Below, in pieces: positions 60,455-64,000 of a stretch of DNA of 64,000 nt. The DNA is taken from NCBI RefSeq assembly GCF_963921235.1, contig NC_086097.1:215824001-215888000 (forward strand), given 5' to 3'. Source of the stretch: Mobula hypostoma. Its lineage: Eukaryota. The first letter of the stretch is position 1. The number at the start of each line of letters is the position of its first letter. The translations under genes were made by a program, and so were the position numbers. The notes beneath the pieces are model-generated. The model was given only the letters and a program-made list of their open reading frames with translations. It did not search any database and was not told the origin of the DNA.

Positions 60455-61118
60455 AGAGGGTGCAGAGAAGACTTACCAGGATGTTCCTGGATTAGAGAAT
60501 ATGTCTTATGAGGATAGATTGAGTGAGCTAGGGCTTTTCTCTGAGCGAAGGAGGATGTGAGGTCACTTGATAGAGGTGTATTAGATGTTAGGATGTATAG
60601 ATCAAGTTGACAGTCAAATATTTTCCCCCCAGGGCGGAAATGGCTAATACAAGGGTGAATGATTTTAAGGCATTGGGAGGAAAGTATAGAGGGATGTCAG
60701 AGGCGTATTCTTTACATAGAGTGGTAGGTCCATGGAATGCACTGCCTGATGTGACCGTGCATGGAATGCACTGACAGATGTGACTGTGCATGGAATGCAC
60801 TGACAGATGAGACCATGCAGGGAATGCACTGCAAGATGTGATTATGCATGGAATGCACTGCAAGATGTGACCATGCATGGAATGCACGAACAGATGTGAT
60901 TATGCATGGAATGCACTGCAAGATGTGACCGTGCATGGAATGTACTGCAAGACGTGAACGTAAAGGCAGACACACTAGGGAAATTTAAGAGATCCTTTGA
61001 TAGGCACTTGGATGAAAGGAAAATTGAGGACCATTTGGTTGACTTTGGAGTAGTCAAAGGGTTGGAACACATAATGGGCTTAAGGGCCTGTACTGTGGTG
61101 TGCTGTTCTATGTTCTAA
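60455..61118 (+). mobile_element. CR1 LINE 3' end containing a minisatellite expansion
   Basis: PGLENMSYEDRLSELGLFS; GGGCCTGTACTGTGGTGTGCTGTTCTATGTTCTA tail. Confidence 0.85.
60731..60961. repeat. Minisatellite, 8 x 29 bp
   Basis: Unit CATGGAATGCACTGCAAGATGTGACCRTG starting at 60731, 60760, 60789, 60818, 60847, 60876, 60905, 60934. Confidence 0.95.
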
Positions 61119-61939
61119 CTTACTTTTGAGAAATCCTAGCAGACAGCAGCTACAGTCATCCCAAATGGCCTATGGTCATGCTGCTTGGAGAAGACCATAG
61201 CATCGATGTGGGGTTGGAAGGAGAGAAGCATGCCTAGATGATCTATTTGTAGGAAATGTCATGCCAGTCATTCATAATGATGCAAATTCAATACAAACAC
61301 CAGCTTTAGATACCAATGTAAGGATCACATTATAGCTGTTTACAATTCACAAATGAAATTGTGGATTCAGATTATTACATTAGCTTTTATAGGGTGGAGG
61401 TTGGTGAGAAGTGACTAGAATGTATAGTACGCATGTTGAAAATAGACTGACCGAAAATAGGCGAGCGAGCTAAAATTTCAAGACGTGTTTTGATGAATCA
61501 CGAGTACATTGAAGTGAAGGTTAACGTTGCTCGGATTTGTTCTATCATGAGCAAGTACACTTATTCACAGAATTCCAGCGACATACCTCGAAGGAAAAGC
61601 ACTGTATAAATTAAGTCATATTTGGAACAAATCCTCTCAACGTTGAGACAAGTGATGGAAAGCATGTCAAAATCTAACTGCCACCACACAGGTCAACCTG
61701 TCGTCACACCTCAAACTGGCCACCAGAGGGAGGCAGAGATGATAAGGTCAACAAGACCTTCCTGGTCACCTGCCCATTGGGCTAATTATTTGTACATGGT
61801 TATTACCTATGCCTTGCTTGTAGCCCCTCTTAAATTCCTTGTCGCTGGTTTCTTTCTTCAGTCTTGAAATCATCTTTTGTAAGTGAACTATTGCTTTTGT
61901 TTGTAACAATTTTTTGCTTTTGAAGCTAGTTAAATTTTG

Positions 61940-61941
<2 letters not shown>

Positions 61942-61984
<43 letters not shown>
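61942..61984. repeat. (TG)~21 microsatellite
   Basis: Directly visible. Confidence 0.97.
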
Positions 61985-61987
<3 letters not shown>

Positions 61988-64000
61988 AGACCCTCTGCCT
62001 GTACCTTGTCTGCTGAAGAATCCAGCAAAGCCTTGGTGGAATTTTTCCTCTAAGTATGTGTGACTTTTCTCTGCAATTGGGTTCACCACTATTCAGTGTG
62101 AGGGAAGTTAAAACAGAAGAAGTTACCTAGTTAGTTGTGACACAACTGAAGAAGCAAGATATCATAATGCACCAGTCTGGATGGGAAGAGTTTATGACAC
62201 CAACTGATTCTGAATTGGGGAATGTGTTCAATTCGGAGAAGAAGTTAGGTTTGGATATTTCTCAATGGGGTGCACACTATCAGAACTTCTCATAAAATGA
62301 CAATTGCAAAGAAGGTCAAGTTTAATAAATCAAAGAGTAGAAATGAAACGGGATTGTCAGAAATATTATTTCAGATCAGTTTCCAAAGAGAGATTTCATA
62401 TCAATGATAATGTCTGAGTTTTAAATTCTCCTAATGAAATGGATGTAAATAAATGAAAATTGTTGTTTCAATCGCCGGCAAAACCAGGATCACAGAGCTT
62501 CAGTGACATAGATGGCCAAGACAATATGTACTCAGTTAGGGTATAAGTCTGACTGCAGTCCACTACCTGAAGCAGTGTTTTCAACATCACCCCAGCCACA
62601 GGAGCGACAATAACAACAGCAGAGTCACCAGTCAGGCCAAAACCTACAGCCACAAAGTGTAGAAGGCACAGGGCTTTTCCTGTTGCTCACATCATTCAGT
62701 TAAGGTCAGAAATGAGACCTTTCCTTTCATAGGACAAGTGGAAAAGAGATTAGGCATGTGAGAATATCTGCCAGGATTTATAAACAACCATTATTATAGA
62801 AGCTAAAGATATCGAATAATGTGGTAAAAACTAATAAACAGTAGACTGTGCAGTTCAAACATGATGGTGCATGTTAAAATTACTAATGGATATTAGCTGA
62901 TAATAAATTGCTCCTCGCAGGCTGTCAAGAATTTATGTTTATTTCCAAGAAAGTGCCATTTAGCAGCATACAGGCTGCCTGCTCATTTTTGTTTTTGTTC
63001 CTGGGCATGCCTTATCCTCAACCTAAGGTGCCAAATGAGCCTTCTGTGATTTCTTACAGCTTGATCTGGCTTGATTGTGTTCCTGCCCTCTGATCACATC
63101 TACCCTCACTCCAGATAAAATCTCACCTGCCTCTTTTGTCCATTTCTAACATCTGGATCTGAGGTACCAAGGGCATCCTCCTTTGACCTTTGTAGACCAC
63201 AGACGTGTGTACAGCATGCAGAGAATGGAAGTAACTTTCTTGGCTAATTTGTAGCTGTCACCACACTCCAGTTAACACTCATTAGATTTAACACATTTAT
63301 TATCAACACTGCACTCGTAGCCCCAGGATTGTCTGCACAAGTGCACTGCTTGCTATGGGACATCACCACAGCTCCAAGACATGCTCACACCTCAGTGTCA
63401 CAGCTCCTTTGGGCACAGCTTAAGTACGTCTAAATTTGTCTCATATCTGCAGTGAGTATAGTATTCTACTCTTGGTAAACTTGTTTCAAACTGTATTATG
63501 ATGCACAAACATAACTGGCAGCTACAAAATAACCATGTTCTGAAAAATGCAAATAGATCTATCAACAACTCAATGAAGAATGGTTTCATGAAAATGACAG
63601 TGATTCACTGAGTCTAAATTTCACCTGAAATCTAATTTTTTTTAAATATACAAAATTTGAAATATGCTTTATCCCCAATTTCCATTCTTTACACTCTCTT
63701 AACTTTAACACAAACATTTTCACCAGTCATGGAGTCATGGAGTCATGGAGTATAGCACAGCACAGCACCGTCTTGTGACAGAATCCTCAACTTTGCTTTA
63801 TTTCTGATTTTCAGTGATCAAAATTTTTACAATATAAACAATTCAACCAGTAAAATGCTGACAAGTTTCCACCTTCTGCTTATCTTCAAGTATATGGATT
63901 TCAACAACAGCAAAATATCAATTAAACAAATTCCTGTTCTGTGAGTATTTAATACCTACTTTGTTCTAACCTTATAATACCATCTGATCTAATCCAATAA

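Noticed and set aside
60731..60961. CRISPR-like appearance of the regularly spaced, partly palindromic repeat
   Set aside because: No unique spacers, units derive from the surrounding CR1, the context is eukaryotic and there are no cas genes
61808..61941. Possible minus-strand exon in ORF 61766-62089 (QNLTSFKSKKLL...)
   Set aside because: The acceptor is preceded by a CA microsatellite instead of a polypyrimidine tract, and the peptide is not recognisable

Overview
A 64-kb stretch of vertebrate nuclear DNA, AT-rich and dominated by transposable elements. The repeat mix (CR1, Rex1/Babar, Penelope-like elements, V-SINE-like SINEs) is typical of cartilaginous fish, probably a ray; this is inference. 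I recognise no host protein-coding gene, so the window looks intronic or intergenic, and almost all listed ORFs are TE fragments or noise. Contents: a nested, internally deleted Gypsy element (1.6-7.0 kb); several CR1 LINEs, one near full length; many Rex1/Babar and Penelope-like (GIY-YIG) fragments; RTE and Tx1 fossils; mariner, Tc1, pogo-like and hAT DNA elements; tRNA-derived SINEs; and a solo LTR. Most notable: (i) three young fold-back Penelope-like insertions with TSDs that carry minimal type-I hammerhead ribozyme motifs on both strands; (ii) a decayed retroviral-type Gag (capsid/MHR-like) fossil at 20.6-21.7 kb; (iii) a 351-aa in-frame Gypsy-Gag/LINE-RT chimeric ORF; (iv) a 122-bp spacer-less palindrome; (v) a candidate two-exon minus-strand transcript segment with a 73-codon ORF whose stop lies in a NAGNAG acceptor. 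All family calls are by motif recognition by eye, not database search.
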